Assembly (NCBI GenBank): GCA_004431415.1
Contig: QPMI01000038.1
Location: 124,001-188,000 of the forward strand
Length of the DNA stretch: 64,000 nt
Reading direction: 5' to 3'
DNA from: Cyanophora paradoxa CCMP329
Lineage: Eukaryota; Plantae; Glaucophyta
Below, piece after piece: positions 31,883-43,549 of the stretch. A program made the translations under genes and the position numbers. Numbering within the stretch: position 1 is the stretch's first letter; the number at the start of each line of letters is the position of its first letter. Below the pieces are notes generated by a model. It had not been told where the DNA came from. It worked only from the letters and a program-made list of their open reading frames with translations, and did no database searches.

Positions 31883-32425
31883 ATGGATGCGTTGCATAAC
31901 GGAGCGTTGCATTACAGGTTATGGTTTCATTTTTTGAGCGGGCAAAAAATGAAACCATTTAAGCGGCATGGGAGACATCCTAACGCTGTGCTAAGATTGA
32001 TTGCAATGATGGAGACGCCGTATATTTACGACGGAAAACCCGTGTTTTCAGTTAATTCTTCCTTAATCAAAATCAATGTCGATAGATTGATTATGTTTAT
32101 GAATGAATTAGATAATAGCGACATAATAGTCGCGAGACGCTGGAAAATTGAGCAAATCGGATATTTTACGGAGAATCCCGATATACATTATGCTAAGGGA
32201 TCTGACGGTTTGTTATATTTCTACAAAGTGAATTATTGGGAAATAGAAACGGAGCCGTTTGATTTACCTAATTATGTATCACGTCCTGAGTTTATCCATA
32301 TCTTAGACTTTGTCAAACTTTTTGGTAAAGATCACAACAATTGGAAGGTCGCGACGCAATAAGGAAGTTAATATTAAGGTCATTTCTTTCAGAATGCGAA
32401 TGTTATCGGAACAGGAAAGAGTGAA
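31883..32425 (+). CDS. Mirror copy of the 180-aa hypothetical protein (1-nt deletion near 32345)
   Basis: Identical up to KDHNNW. Confidence 0.6.
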
Positions 32426-32581
32426 AACGCTTTATTTTTCAAAACTACCTATACAGGACATTGTAGCTGTTTGCGTAGATCGAAACATAAACCTACACGG
32501 TTCTGTGAAGCAAAACCACACATTTCTGTGAAGGTTTGTAAAAAAAGACCCATATTAAAGTGCGTTTGAAAGAGGGACATG

Positions 32582-33312
32582 TTATGAATTTGCGGTGTTC
32601 TCACGCGTTCGCATTCTCAATTGACCCGTAGAGATGTGATATTTAGTTTTGTTATAGAATGTCATTCTATCCATCCAATCTTTCGAGTCGGGATTAAATG
32701 TTTTTAGCCAATTCTCGAAATCCCAAGGGTTGTATGATTAAGACAATTGCACTCTTTCGCAGACACAGGGAATATTTTGCTACATTTCTTATCATTACAC
32801 ATACAGTTATTCATGTGTATGTCTGTTTCGTGTTCAGCTATGCATTTCTCAAAATAGGTAATCACATTATACGAATGGTCGTATTTTGGATCTTTCCCCT
32901 CTTTCATTAATTTCCTATCGCTCAGTGGTATATACTTTATTAAATGTCTCTGATCTGTGATAAGATCACAAGCGTCTACATTGCCGCAGTCCTCCTTAGC
33001 GAACCAAATCTTACATATCACTTTCTTTAAAACGGGTTTCTTCTTCTTACCATGGAAAGTCTCCCAATTCATATAAGTGTGATCTTGTTTACAGAGAGGA
33101 CAACTTACCCATGCTTTCGACAGAGAAAGATTAATTAAAAAAGCGTCATCTGAATCACAAAACGGTTTACCTTTACAAATTGGTAGGAGATCATACTTTG
33201 ATACATTCGCTTTATCCCAATCATCAAAACACTTCTTACAGAATTTGTGACCACATTCGAGTTTGGTAGCCTTCTTTGGGTTCAGCTTGTTCAAACAAAT
33301 GACACAATCCAT
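32582..33312 (-). CDS. Mirror copy of the RING protein (frameshift near 32728)
   Basis: Identical up to LNHTT. Confidence 0.75.
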
Positions 33313-33405
33313 CTCTGATGATTCGTTTTATTATAAGAGTTAACATGTCTTTAAGTGCTTTTTTCCTATTTAAAGAAAAAGCACCTTTGAAATAAAATAA
33401 GAAAC

Positions 33406-34158
33406 ATGTCGGAATCTCTCGTGTTTGCCTCTTCCGATTATGAAGCCGCGGAATTGTTTGTAAAAGATCTCGACGGCAAGTTTATACTATCTGATGGTGT
33501 CATTTACACTAAACAAAATAACCACCTATGGACGAATAATGTAGCGTTCATTAATCAAGCGATGCTCAAACTATGTATGCGTTTGAATGTCTACAAGAAG
33601 AACAGTAAAGGTGAGATTCTCCGTTATACACATAATTTAACGAATGCTCAAAAGGTCATTAAGATCTCAAAAGCGATTCTTGAAGATCGAAACGACTTTT
33701 ATAAACAGGTTATGAGACCGTCTACGATTGGTAAACTATGTTATCAAAACGGCGTCTACGATATAGAAACAAAGAGACTTATAGCATGGGATAAATGTGA
33801 AGGAATCTATGCTTTTTATTGTATATCTCGCGATCTCGTTGTAGATGAAACGGGAAAGATCGTAAAACCGTGTGAAATTAACATAAGTGAGTTGTACGAT
33901 AAGATTTTGAGACCGCTTTCTTACAAAATGACACTTAATGAAACGATGAAAGCCATTTATGATGCTCTCACCTTCAAACAAAATAATAAAATGTATCAAG
34001 ATTATGCAAAACGTGGTGATTGGGGAGGTTTGGTATCTTTCATGCGAAACACAGTTTTTGGTATGCAACCGTATATGTCCCATTTAGATATAATGAATCG
34101 TATCGAGATTATCCACAGTTTCGAGTGGGTCTTTTTGGAATCGTATAAATCAGAGTGA
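33406..34158 (+). CDS. Mirror copy of the truncated helicase paralog
   Basis: Identical 250 aa. Confidence 0.85.
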   Translation: MSESLVFASSDYEAAELFVKDLDGKFILSDGVIYTKQNNHLWTNNVAFINQAMLKLCMRLNVYKKNSKGEILRYTHNLTNAQKVIKISKAILEDRNDFYKQVMRPSTIGKLCYQNGVYDIETKRLIAWDKCEGIYAFYCISRDLVVDETGKIVKPCEINISELYDKILRPLSYKMTLNETMKAIYDALTFKQNNKMYQDYAKRGDWGGLVSFMRNTVFGMQPYMSHLDIMNRIEIIHSFEWVFLESYKSE

Positions 34159-34719
34159 AACGCTCGGTGAGTGATTTTATTAATTGTTTTTGTAAACATT
34201 CTCGTATATGTGATGCATTATCAAATGTGATTTGAAGCAACGTTTTTACTTTAACCATTGGGCATTTTTTTGGGCACTGTTGGGCACTTGTTGGGCACCT
34301 TTGGGCACTTTTTAATCCAAGGTCTAAAAGATTTCTTAGAATACATTTTCAAAATTCTAATTTCATTCAAAACATTTTTTATATAGAAAAACTTTCTTAA
34401 AACGGTGCCCAAAGTGCCCAATGACATTTAAAAAGTGCCCAACGATAAAAGAAGTGCCCAATGAAACCATAAACAGTAATATAGGTATAGAACAGATATA
34501 AACCATCTTTTCGAAAGAGTAACATATGTAAAAAAGAAGTGCCCAATGATAAAAGAAGTGCCAATGAAACCATAAACAGTAATATAGGTATAGAACAGAT
34601 ATAAACCATCTTTTCGAAAGAGTAACATATGTAAAAAAAGAAGTGCCCAACGACCTTAAACAGTAAGAAAACCTCTTACGATTTATAAAAAATACGAATG
34701 CTCTGTTTAATATCAAGAG

Positions 34720-37106
34720 TTACGCTTCGACATCGTCATCATCATCTACAAATCGGGTAGTAGAGATCAATTTAACGCCCTTATATCCTCGTTCATAAGT
34801 AGCTGTATTTCCCTTTCGAATAGCAGCTTTACTATATGTAGCGCCCATCAACACCATAACGCTTTTAATACGATTCGCGGACATGTTAAGTTTAAGTTCC
34901 TTCAATTTATCAACGACTGTTTTGCTTGATACAGCATCGGAAGGATCACGGGTGAATTCGAATGCGCTTTTAATTATTTGCATTTCGTCGCCCGCATCTT
35001 CACGAAACTCGCTTACGTCTTCGGCGATCTTCCCCGATACCACAAACTTCTGTGACTTGAAGGCTTCGAAAACCATGTATTCAAAGGCGTGAATAATTTC
35101 AGGACGTCGCAGCAGATCGCTTTTAATGTCTTCTGACGCCAAACGGAAACACGGGCTATTCATCTCTTCAACTGTTTTCTGATCGACGAATTTGTGGGGA
35201 TGCTTGAATAATACCATGGTTTGGAGTGTATCAGAAGGTGAGACGGGCGGCACATCATTCATGATCATCCATATACGACTTTGAAGTCGAATGTTAACCT
35301 CATTCTCATACAGAACACGCATACATTGCATATCACCACCTGATTCCTTCTTTTTGATCATAGCGCCGTTCAATTTGATATTGGTGTTTGAAACATCGAA
35401 TTTCATCTCTTGTGTGAAAGTCAAACGACGGAATTCACATGGCTTCATCCACTTCAATTTCGATGTATCATTATCGTCTACGCTTTTGTTTAAGAGGAAA
35501 GACTCACCGCTTATGGTGTGGACATAATCGCCCCATGTGTTCTCTTGAAGATTGACGTAAACCCCCTTTCCACAATTACGTTCACCCACCGATAGTCCCC
35601 ATTGCTTATCTTCATAACAACCCGCAACCGCACGAGCCGTAAATTCAAGAGCGGACGTTACACTTTCGGCACCGAAAACGGGTTCAAGAACTTTATCGTA
35701 GAGAGTCTGAATATCGGCATCGGATGGTTTGAGAATGTAGCCGTTATCATCCACGGGAAGGTCACGAGAGATTCGAGTAGTCGAGTAAACATTCTTACAA
35801 TCCTTCCACGGTGTAAGCTTCTTTGTCTTGAAATCATACACTCCGTTCTGATAGCATATTTTCCCAATGGTAGAACTCCATAACTCCTCGTAGAAATTCT
35901 GACGATTGGAAGGAGAGGGATTACAGCTTCGATGATTCTTTTAGCATTTGGTGTTTCACCGGAATATGATCTCAGGTTCCCTTTTGCGTCTTCTTTCACG
36001 AAATGCGCTTGCATGCACAATTTTAAGAGAATTCCCTTCACCAATTTCGTATCCTCAGTCCATAGGCTGTCGTCCTTCCGGGCGAAAATACGACCGTCAC
36101 ATTTGATGATTTGCCCCTCGATATCATTAACGAATAATGAGGCAGCATGTGAATCGTCGATAATTACCCGGCAGAGAGGAATTCCTTCATCCAAATTTGC
36201 GGGGATTTCAAATCCTTGATCCATCGGTTTAATCAGCAATCCAACCTTATAACCGATTGTGTTTTCGATATATTCCGATGCTTCCTTCAAGATGGATGCA
36301 ACACGCTCTTCCGGAAATTTTGGGTCTTTCTCAATCATACAACCATCGAAAACGAGAACTCCAACCTTAATACCCAGTGAAGTGAGATACTCACAAAGAG
36401 CCATGAGGCATTGATTCTCGATATTACAGAGAACCATATTAACTACCGAACCGAGGATGTTGTGGTCTTTCTTCTTCTTGCAGATGAGTAGGTAGTTTTT
36501 GTTTTCGGGTATGTTTGCGATAAGAGCATGAATACCAGCCATTTCCTCTTTTAATTTTTTGAAATCGGGGTGATTGAGAAGAGCTTCGTTGTCAGTTCCG
36601 TCGCCGCCGTTAATAACAGAAAGGAATGCACGTTTAATGTCTTCACGAGTGAGTCTCGATTTCTCGATTATATCGGCGATGATAGAGTCGCGATTTTCAA
36701 CGTAATTAGCAAGAGCGTTGCATGCGATTTCATTTTTTTTACAATATTGGATAAGAAGCGTTGGGTGAGCGTTAATCATATCGATATCAATATAGTTTTC
36801 ACGGGCAAGTGTGTGTCGAAATTCACGGGGCATCTCTTGCATCGAAACCTGTTTTTTCTTTATGTTTCGAACGTTAGAGTAATAGCGCCCGGTGTTGTGT
36901 GAGCATTGGCGATATTTAACAGTGATGCGATCACTTCGGTTCAAACTCTTAAAGTATTTGTTTAGAAGCGTCAGAGTGGCGGTTGGATCGACTTGTGGGC
37001 GATACTTCAACTCATCAAAGTTTTCGATCAGGTATTTAAGGACATGACGGTTAGCCTTCTCGGAGAGGGTTATATCAGATGCGTTGGGTTGCTTGGCGTT
37101 AAACAT
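34720..37106 (-). CDS. Mirror copy of TVpol-SF3 helicase (single frameshift near 35908)
   Basis: The 482-aa and 373-aa ORFs together cover the 795-aa protein. Confidence 0.85.
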
Positions 37107-37279
37107 CTTGGATTCTTACCTTTCTCAGAGAAATTAATCTGAGGAAATTGATGAATTCCCTTTACTGGTTCTTATTGTGAAGTCCTTAAATGCTTTTTGG
37201 TTGCCCACGGCACTATAATGATTAGCCTTAGGTTATAAAAAGGAGAAAGTTAAGTGTCATTTTTTTCACCTCTGATCGA

Positions 37280-37705
37280 TCAATTCGCTACGATACTTTC
37301 CGATGATGTATCGGGATTACAAGCATTGTATTTACGAGGACGTCCGGTTTTCTTAATTGCCTCTTTCTCATCAACCTTTTCAAGTCGTTTCCGTTCCAGA
37401 TACCTCCGGACAATCTCTTTTCTTCTCTTTCGGAATTCTTCATCTTCTGCATATCGACGTTGAACATACAAAGCCATCTTTTCCAATTTCTCAGGAGGAG
37501 TTGCAGTCTTTTCACCTTTTGCGATTCTCTCTTCTTTCACCTTTTGATAAACAATACGTTTCCTCTCACGGTCTTTCTCACGTCTCAACTTTGCTTTTTC
37601 TTCCCATTCTTCCTCTGTTAGCGTAGGTTTCTTTTCAACACGTGGGAGGTCTGCACCCTTCTGCATAGCAATAAGCTCTTGGTTTGATTTCCGAGTTCTC
37701 ACCAT
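37280..37705 (-). CDS. Mirror copy of the AT-hook coiled-coil protein
   Basis: Identical translation. Confidence 0.75.
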   Translation of the reverse strand: MVRTRKSNQELIAMQKGADLPRVEKKPTLTEEEWEEKAKLRREKDRERKRIVYQKVKEERIAKGEKTATPPEKLEKMALYVQRRYAEDEEFRKRRKEIVRRYLERKRLEKVDEKEAIKKTGRPRKYNACNPDTSSESIVAN

Positions 37706-37888
37706 TTTTCCTTTATATAAGAGCAAGATAATATCTATTTCACTTATCTTACTTCCCAAATCCTTAAATACTTTTTGGATGTTCGGAAAGCGTCATTTTT
37801 TGCTACGTCCTTGAAGTAATCATCGAATAAATCAATAAAATACATCCATAAAATGTAACGGATAAAAACAGTATCTGTAACGTATAGA

Positions 37889-38221
37889 ATGGAATATGTA
37901 ACGGATGAAACAGATTCAGATTACGTTATTGAGATTTATGATGATGAAGAAGAAGACGATTATAATAATTCAATACAAAGCGATGAAGTTAAGAGACCTA
38001 TGACTTTTTGCGATTTCCTCCTATATTGCTTCGATATAAGTAAGAATGGCGAATATATCCCGGCTGATATCTTACTCAGTCAAATACAGCAAGTTTTAGA
38101 TTCAAAGGTTTCACCACGAGTTTTAGGTTTGAGTATAAAAAAGGTTTTTGGAATTTCAGCATATACTCGGAGGATCAATGGTGTAGTAAAACGAGTTTAT
38201 GACCTTTCTAAACGGGTTTGA
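37889..38221 (+). CDS. Mirror copy of the winged-helix protein
   Basis: Identical translation. Confidence 0.6.
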   Translation: MEYVTDETDSDYVIEIYDDEEEDDYNNSIQSDEVKRPMTFCDFLLYCFDISKNGEYIPADILLSQIQQVLDSKVSPRVLGLSIKKVFGISAYTRRINGVVKRVYDLSKRV

Positions 38222-38274
38222 AAAAGAAATAATACAGTAATTTCATGTTTTTTGTTATTTTTTTGGAAATAATC

Positions 38275-38592
38275 CTAAATTAAACCGAGAAGATAACTAA
38301 GAACTATTGCCTCGTTTCGTTTGTCAATCTTCTTTCTTAGTTTCAACTGTAAGCGATTACCACTGTGTCTTACATCATGATCGAAACTCTCAAATGTTTT
38401 TGTCATTGAGGAGATCGCTTTCTCTTCAAGTATGCGTTTTAATTTAGACGGTATCTGACTTGGTTTATATCCTTCACATCTTGCTCGTGCTTCAACTGTT
38501 TTCTTCAATATCTCATCTCGTTTTTCTGAGTGTAAGTCTGTAAAATCAACTCCCAGTTCGTGAAGGTGAGTAGAGAAATTAGCGCACGCCAT
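38275..38592 (-). CDS. Mirror copy of the 105-aa hypothetical protein
   Basis: Identical translation. Confidence 0.65.
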   Translation of the reverse strand: MACANFSTHLHELGVDFTDLHSEKRDEILKKTVEARARCEGYKPSQIPSKLKRILEEKAISSMTKTFESFDHDVRHSGNRLQLKLRKKIDKRNEAIVLSYLLGLI

Positions 38593-39455
38593 TGTTAAAT
38601 CCTACCTCTATAATCACTACTATAACGTGTCATTTTTTTAAGCCCTTTCTTGTTGCAACTATCTGACGCTTGTTTTGACAGTCTGACTTTTTTAATCGAG
38701 GTTTTAAAAAAAGATTTCTTGGAGTGTGTTTTCTAAATTCAAATTTTATAAAATCATTCATTATTAAGAAAACTTTTCAAAACAGTGTCAACAGTGTCAG
38801 AATACATTTAAATAGTGTCAGAAGAAAAGAAAGTGTCAGACAAACCATATTACAGTAAGAGTGAGAATGATTAAAGAAGACCACAATTTTCATTTTGTGG
38901 CGATTTAAAAACAGAATGTCAGACAGACCATATACAGTAACAAGCCGTAGTTGTTTCTAAAACAATGTAGTAGAATCCTACCTCTATAATCACTACTATA
39001 ACGTGTCATTTTTTAAGTCCTTTTCTTCCCACTACATACTTTCAGGCACTTCCCAGATCGCTACACGCTTTCAGTCTCTTTATCACAAAAAGCGATATGT
39101 AATTTTCAGATTGACAGGCACTTTTTTCAGGCAGTCAGGCACTTTCAGGCGCTTTTAATCGAGAGTCTAAAAAATCTTTCTTAAATTTGTTTTTAAAATT
39201 CAATTTCATTGTGTTTTGTTTTTTCTATAAAAAAAGTTTCCTAAAAATGTGCCTGAAATGCCTGATGACATTTAAAAAGTGCCTGACGATCATAAACAGT
39301 AAGAGAAATCTTAAAATAGTGAAAAGATCGAGTATATTAGTGGTGCAATCATAAATCTAAAAGTGCCTGATAGTCATTTATAGTAAGAAAATGCCTTAAC
39401 TCACTGAAATAAAGGCATCAGAGAAAGAACAACCCACGGTCTCATGGTTTCCGCA

Positions 39456-39767
39456 TTAAGAAGATCTGGCGATTTTCTTGTTTCTATAATACTCTCGTGA
39501 TTTCTCACGCTGTCGATTGCGAAACTCTTCATCTTCCGCGTATCGTTGCATTTGGTAACGGCTACTATTTGCGATTCTATTCGGAGGCGTGATTGTTGGC
39601 TCACCGTCTTCCATTCGTTTCTGTTTGACTTTTTCATAAAATTTCCGATTATATTCTCTAATCTTTTCACGTCTCAAAAAGAGCATTTCAGGTGTCACTT
39701 TGCAAGGCATAATGTAAACTTCCCCTCTCTGTTCCGCCATCAGTTGCTGATTTGATTTACGAGGCAT
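39456..39767 (-). CDS. Mirror copy of the small basic protein
   Basis: Identical translation. Confidence 0.75.
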   Translation of the reverse strand: MPRKSNQQLMAEQRGEVYIMPCKVTPEMLFLRREKIREYNRKFYEKVKQKRMEDGEPTITPPNRIANSSRYQMQRYAEDEEFRNRQREKSREYYRNKKIARSS

Positions 39768-40278
39768 TGTAGTTTTACTTTCATATATATTATCGTTTTA
39801 TCCTTAAATCTATGAGAGTAAGAGATTTATATATAAAAGTAGATTTTGAATCTTCTTCTTACTACAAATGGTCATTGGGCACTTCATTTAGAACGCTTCT
39901 TTTTTTCATTAAAGATGGTCTATATCTCTACAATATTTGTATTACAGTAAGTGGTTTCATTGGGCACTTCTTTTATCATTGGGCACTTTTTAAATGTCAT
40001 TGGGCACTTTGGGCACCGTTTTAAGAAAGTTTTTCTATATAAAAAATGTTTTGAATGAAATTAGAATTTTGAAAATGTATTCTAAGAAATCTTTTAGACC
40101 TTGGATTAAAAAGTGCCCAAAGGTGCCCAACAAGTGCCCAACAAGTGCCCAACAACGCCCAATAACGCCCAACAGCCCAAAAAAACCCAATCGTAAGTAA
40201 ACGATCGGATATGAGGAGGCTTACGAACTCATGCGATGATTTAAGAAGAAGCGACATTGATTATAAAAGAATCATAAC

Positions 40279-40584
40279 ATGAATATTCTGTATATCGGAT
40301 CAACACCCGAGTTGGTTGCTTACAAGACTTACAAAGTCGGGTTATCATCAACCGATTCAGTAAATGATGTGATTAATAAGCAATCATCGAAAGCGTTTTC
40401 AATCTACGGGTGGTTCAAATGTAGAAACCCACGATTAGTAAAGAAGCATTTATGTGACCTTTATGAGCATGAAGGCGATTTCTTTCTTTTTGAGTCATTG
40501 GAAGCCACAAGATCATGTGTAGAACTCATTATAAAGACGTGGTTAAATGATCAATACGACAAAGAAGGAAACTTAATACTCTAA
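40279..40584 (+). CDS. Mirror copy of the T5orf172-like protein
   Basis: Identical translation. Confidence 0.65.
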   Translation: MNILYIGSTPELVAYKTYKVGLSSTDSVNDVINKQSSKAFSIYGWFKCRNPRLVKKHLCDLYEHEGDFFLFESLEATRSCVELIIKTWLNDQYDKEGNLIL

Positions 40585-40678
40585 AAACAAGACACTGTCT
40601 AAGTGCGTTTAAGGTCAATTTCCAAAAGAAAACCCACTTAAAGATAAGACAACTCATATATATATAAAAAGCGACATA

Positions 40679-41511
40679 ATGGCGGTTTATATCGGATCAG
40701 TCCCGGAATTTCAAGCGAACAATAAGTATAAAATTGGTGTCTCAACTGTTTCGGTAAGTAATCTCATTTCTCAATACTCACGAGCTTTACCCAACTTTTC
40801 AATTTATGAGTGGATCTATTGTAGCAATCCACGCTTAATCGAGAAGTTATGTAAGAAAGAGTTCGAGAGTTGTGAAGGCGAATACTACAAATTGGATTCG
40901 TTGCGTTCAGCAAGGGCGCGAATTCGTCAGATGATAAAAAAGAATCTATATGAGGAATCAGAAGAAGAGCCAATAGATTGGAACGAGGTTATAGATGACT
41001 ACCTTGAATGCAATTATGTTTTTTCCGGAGATTCAAGCAAATACACACCTCAATACGTGCTACTTGGCGATGTTTTCGGAATGTTAAAAATTCCAATGCG
41101 CCAAATTTCGATGAGTCTGATATTCTTTATCGAGTTCGTGAAGTGTTCAATGGTTTAAATCCAACTTCTCAGATGTTTTACGATGAGATGCTCTATGTTT
41201 TCAAAGGTCTCGTGAAGATCGAAACGCAAACTACAACAGAGACCAAAAACGAAAAAGAGAAAGATATCGAGACGATTGTATGTGATTTTATAAATGAGAG
41301 CTACACTTTAACCAACGACCTCAGTAAATTCACCCGTTGTAGCGATATATTTAATCATTGTTTAGAGTTAATCGACAAAGATATATGGGTAGAATCACGT
41401 GGGATAAGCAATATAATTAAGAAACGCTTTAAGATTGAATCATCGGTAATGAAATACAAAGGTAATTCGGTTAGAGTATATCGCGGTTTGGTTAAAAAGA
41501 ATCAAAACTAA
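40679..41511 (+). CDS. Mirror copy of T5orf172-wHTH protein (frameshift in A-run near 41090)
   Basis: Two ORFs cover the 277-aa protein. Confidence 0.65.
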
Positions 41512-41519
41512 AACGAGAA

Positions 41520-42161
41520 ATGCTTCATTTTTACAGAGATACCATTAATAAAGATTGTATCCAATCGAGAACCACAAAAAGACTACATGAAATTCAACAT
41601 ATCATAAAAGAACATACACAATGGGTGGTGGATTTCTTCAAAACCATAAAAACCTTCAAACTACTTAAAGGGAAAACATCTATGATAATAAAAAGACCAG
41701 AAATGGAGCCATTTGTGTATAACGGTGGATCAACCACAGAACCGAAGGATTATTACGGTGTTTATGTCTTAGATATCGGAGATCCAGAGGAATACGCGCA
41801 TAAGATCGAGCGATACGGTGCGAAATGGGCATACGATGTGAAACATTATTATGTCGAGGATAAATACCATCGTCTCTTAAAAGAGTTTGCGACGATAGAC
41901 CCTATGGTTTTCGAGCCGAATTATTACGACATCGTACGTCGTCGATACTTTGTTGGTGATATCAAACTGAGATTACCCGAATTCGAACAAAAACGTATTT
42001 TCTTGCAATCATCTTTACGGAAATACATGAAGAAGCAAGGCGCTAAATACGAGCCACGTTATCGAATGTGGTATGTCACAGATCACGAAAATGAATTATG
42101 CAAGATTTTTAAGACATTCTCAGAAGTTGAAATACGTAGACGTCGTAATATGAGACGGTAA
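41520..42161 (+). CDS. Mirror copy of the DUF5710-like protein
   Basis: Identical translation. Confidence 0.6.
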   Translation: MLHFYRDTINKDCIQSRTTKRLHEIQHIIKEHTQWVVDFFKTIKTFKLLKGKTSMIIKRPEMEPFVYNGGSTTEPKDYYGVYVLDIGDPEEYAHKIERYGAKWAYDVKHYYVEDKYHRLLKEFATIDPMVFEPNYYDIVRRRYFVGDIKLRLPEFEQKRIFLQSSLRKYMKKQGAKYEPRYRMWYVTDHENELCKIFKTFSEVEIRRRRNMRR

Positions 42162-42934
42162 ATGGTGTGTCTCAATCGGACATAATGCAGCACAGATACA
42201 ATTTTATAACAGTAAAAAACAGAATCCCATTTTATCAATTGTTTAATCGGACGCAATGCAACTCAGTGTCCCTTTTTCATTATTTTTATCACAGCAATCT
42301 CAACGATTATTTAATTGGACATAATGCACCACAGATACAATTTTATAACAGTAAAAAACAGAATCCCATTTTATCGATTGTTTAATTGGACATAATGCAA
42401 CTCTGGGGTCATTTTTGTTTTCCGCAATCTCATCGATTGTTTAATTGGACGTGAAGCAGTAACCATCTAATCCAACAAAATACGCCGCAATCTCATCGAT
42501 TGTTTAATTGGACATAATGCAGTAACGAGTGAATTATTTTCATCCGATATTTCATCGATTGTTTAATTGGACATAATGCAACTCTGTGTGAATTTTTGCG
42601 TTTTACGATAAAATGGGCGCTGGACTACTTCAATCGTGATTGATTATATCATAAATTTATGTTCCCTCAATCGAGATTATATCGATTTTGCATAAAATAC
42701 AAATTAATCGCGTTTATATCAATCGCAAAATACGTATTTTTCATTTAAATACAAATTAATCGCGTTTATATCATTAAATCAATCGAGAAATACGTAATTT
42801 ATCAAAAATTTATATAAATTTCATAAAATCATAATTTAATTGATATTATACCAATTAATTTAATCGAATTTATTTAAATTTAATTGATTTTATTAAAAAT
42901 TTTGATTTATTTTTTAAATATTTTCGATTAATTT

Positions 42935-43041
42935 ACACATAAAGAAATACAAATTTAAATCCTGAGCGACAGAGCGAAATGAGCGCGAAGCGCGAATTGA
43001 GCGATAGAGCGAGGGATTTAAATTTGTATTTCTTTATGTGT
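42935..43041. repeat. Right terminal hairpin (28-bp stem, 51-nt GAGCG-rich loop)
   Basis: Same 28-bp stem at 42935-42962 and 43014-43041. Confidence 0.92.
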
Positions 43042-43549
43042 GACCCTTCTCGCCGGCGGCGGCGCCGGCGCCGGCGCCGAAGCCAGCGCCGCCGCCGTCC
43101 CCGCCCGAGATCTGCATCGCCTTGACGAGGTGCTTCAGGTTCGCGGCGTCCGCCGGCGAGAGAACCGCCGCCATCTGCCGCCCGCCACGTCAAACTAATC
43201 TTAACGAACAAATTTAAATCAAATGATCTAGATAGCCTAAGGCGGCTTGGGTGTGGCGGTAGAGTTGAGGCTAGACTAGTCCGTCCTGGGCGGCTGCAAC
43301 CTAAGGCTATCTATCTCCCCGCCACTTCAATCAATCCTAACCTAACAAACAAAGCAAACCAAATCCAAAGGACGCGGACCTCGGCCTGGCCGCCCAAAGA
43401 GTTCGTGAGGTGTTCTTATCAACTCTCTATAGCTATAACCTAAGAAACAAACAAACAGCTGCAAATAAATACCTCGTCCTGGCCGCCCGGGAAGAGGGCC
43501 TTGAGGACGGCCCGCCAGTTATGATGGAATGAACCATAACCCCCCAAAT

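Larger units (their letters stand above)
19105..43041. mobile_element. 23.9-kb palindromic, AT-rich, TVpol-helicase-encoding integrated element without recognisable integrase or capsid
   Basis: 6-bp TSD GACCCT (19099-19104, 43042-43047); termini ACACAT...ATGTGT; intronless virus-like genes; sharp GC shift at both ends. Confidence 0.92.
31754..43041 (-). repeat. Right arm of the giant inverted repeat (11,288 bp)
   Basis: Mirror copy with scattered 1-nt indels, fewer 59-bp repeats and a different terminal loop. Confidence 0.96.
18722..43174 (-). pseudogene. Host-like exon/ORF split by the 24-kb element (pieces 43174-43042 and 19098-18722)
   Basis: Removing the element and one TSD restores one frame: MAAVLSPADAANLKHLVKAMQ...GEKG|RAAKSRMDLALATVG...; preceded by GCAG (possible splice acceptor). 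Confidence 0.55.

Noticed and set aside
19105-43041. Palindrome as a pure sequencing fold-back/MDA artefact
   Set aside because: The 6-bp TSD, in-frame restoration of the flanking ORF, unique central gene, different terminal loops and different repeat counts are not expected from a fold-back read; raw-read confirmation is still needed.
19105-43041. Complete virophage or Polinton-like virus
   Set aside because: No recognisable major/minor capsid, packaging ATPase, protease or integrase; the unassigned ORFs are too small for a double jelly-roll capsid.
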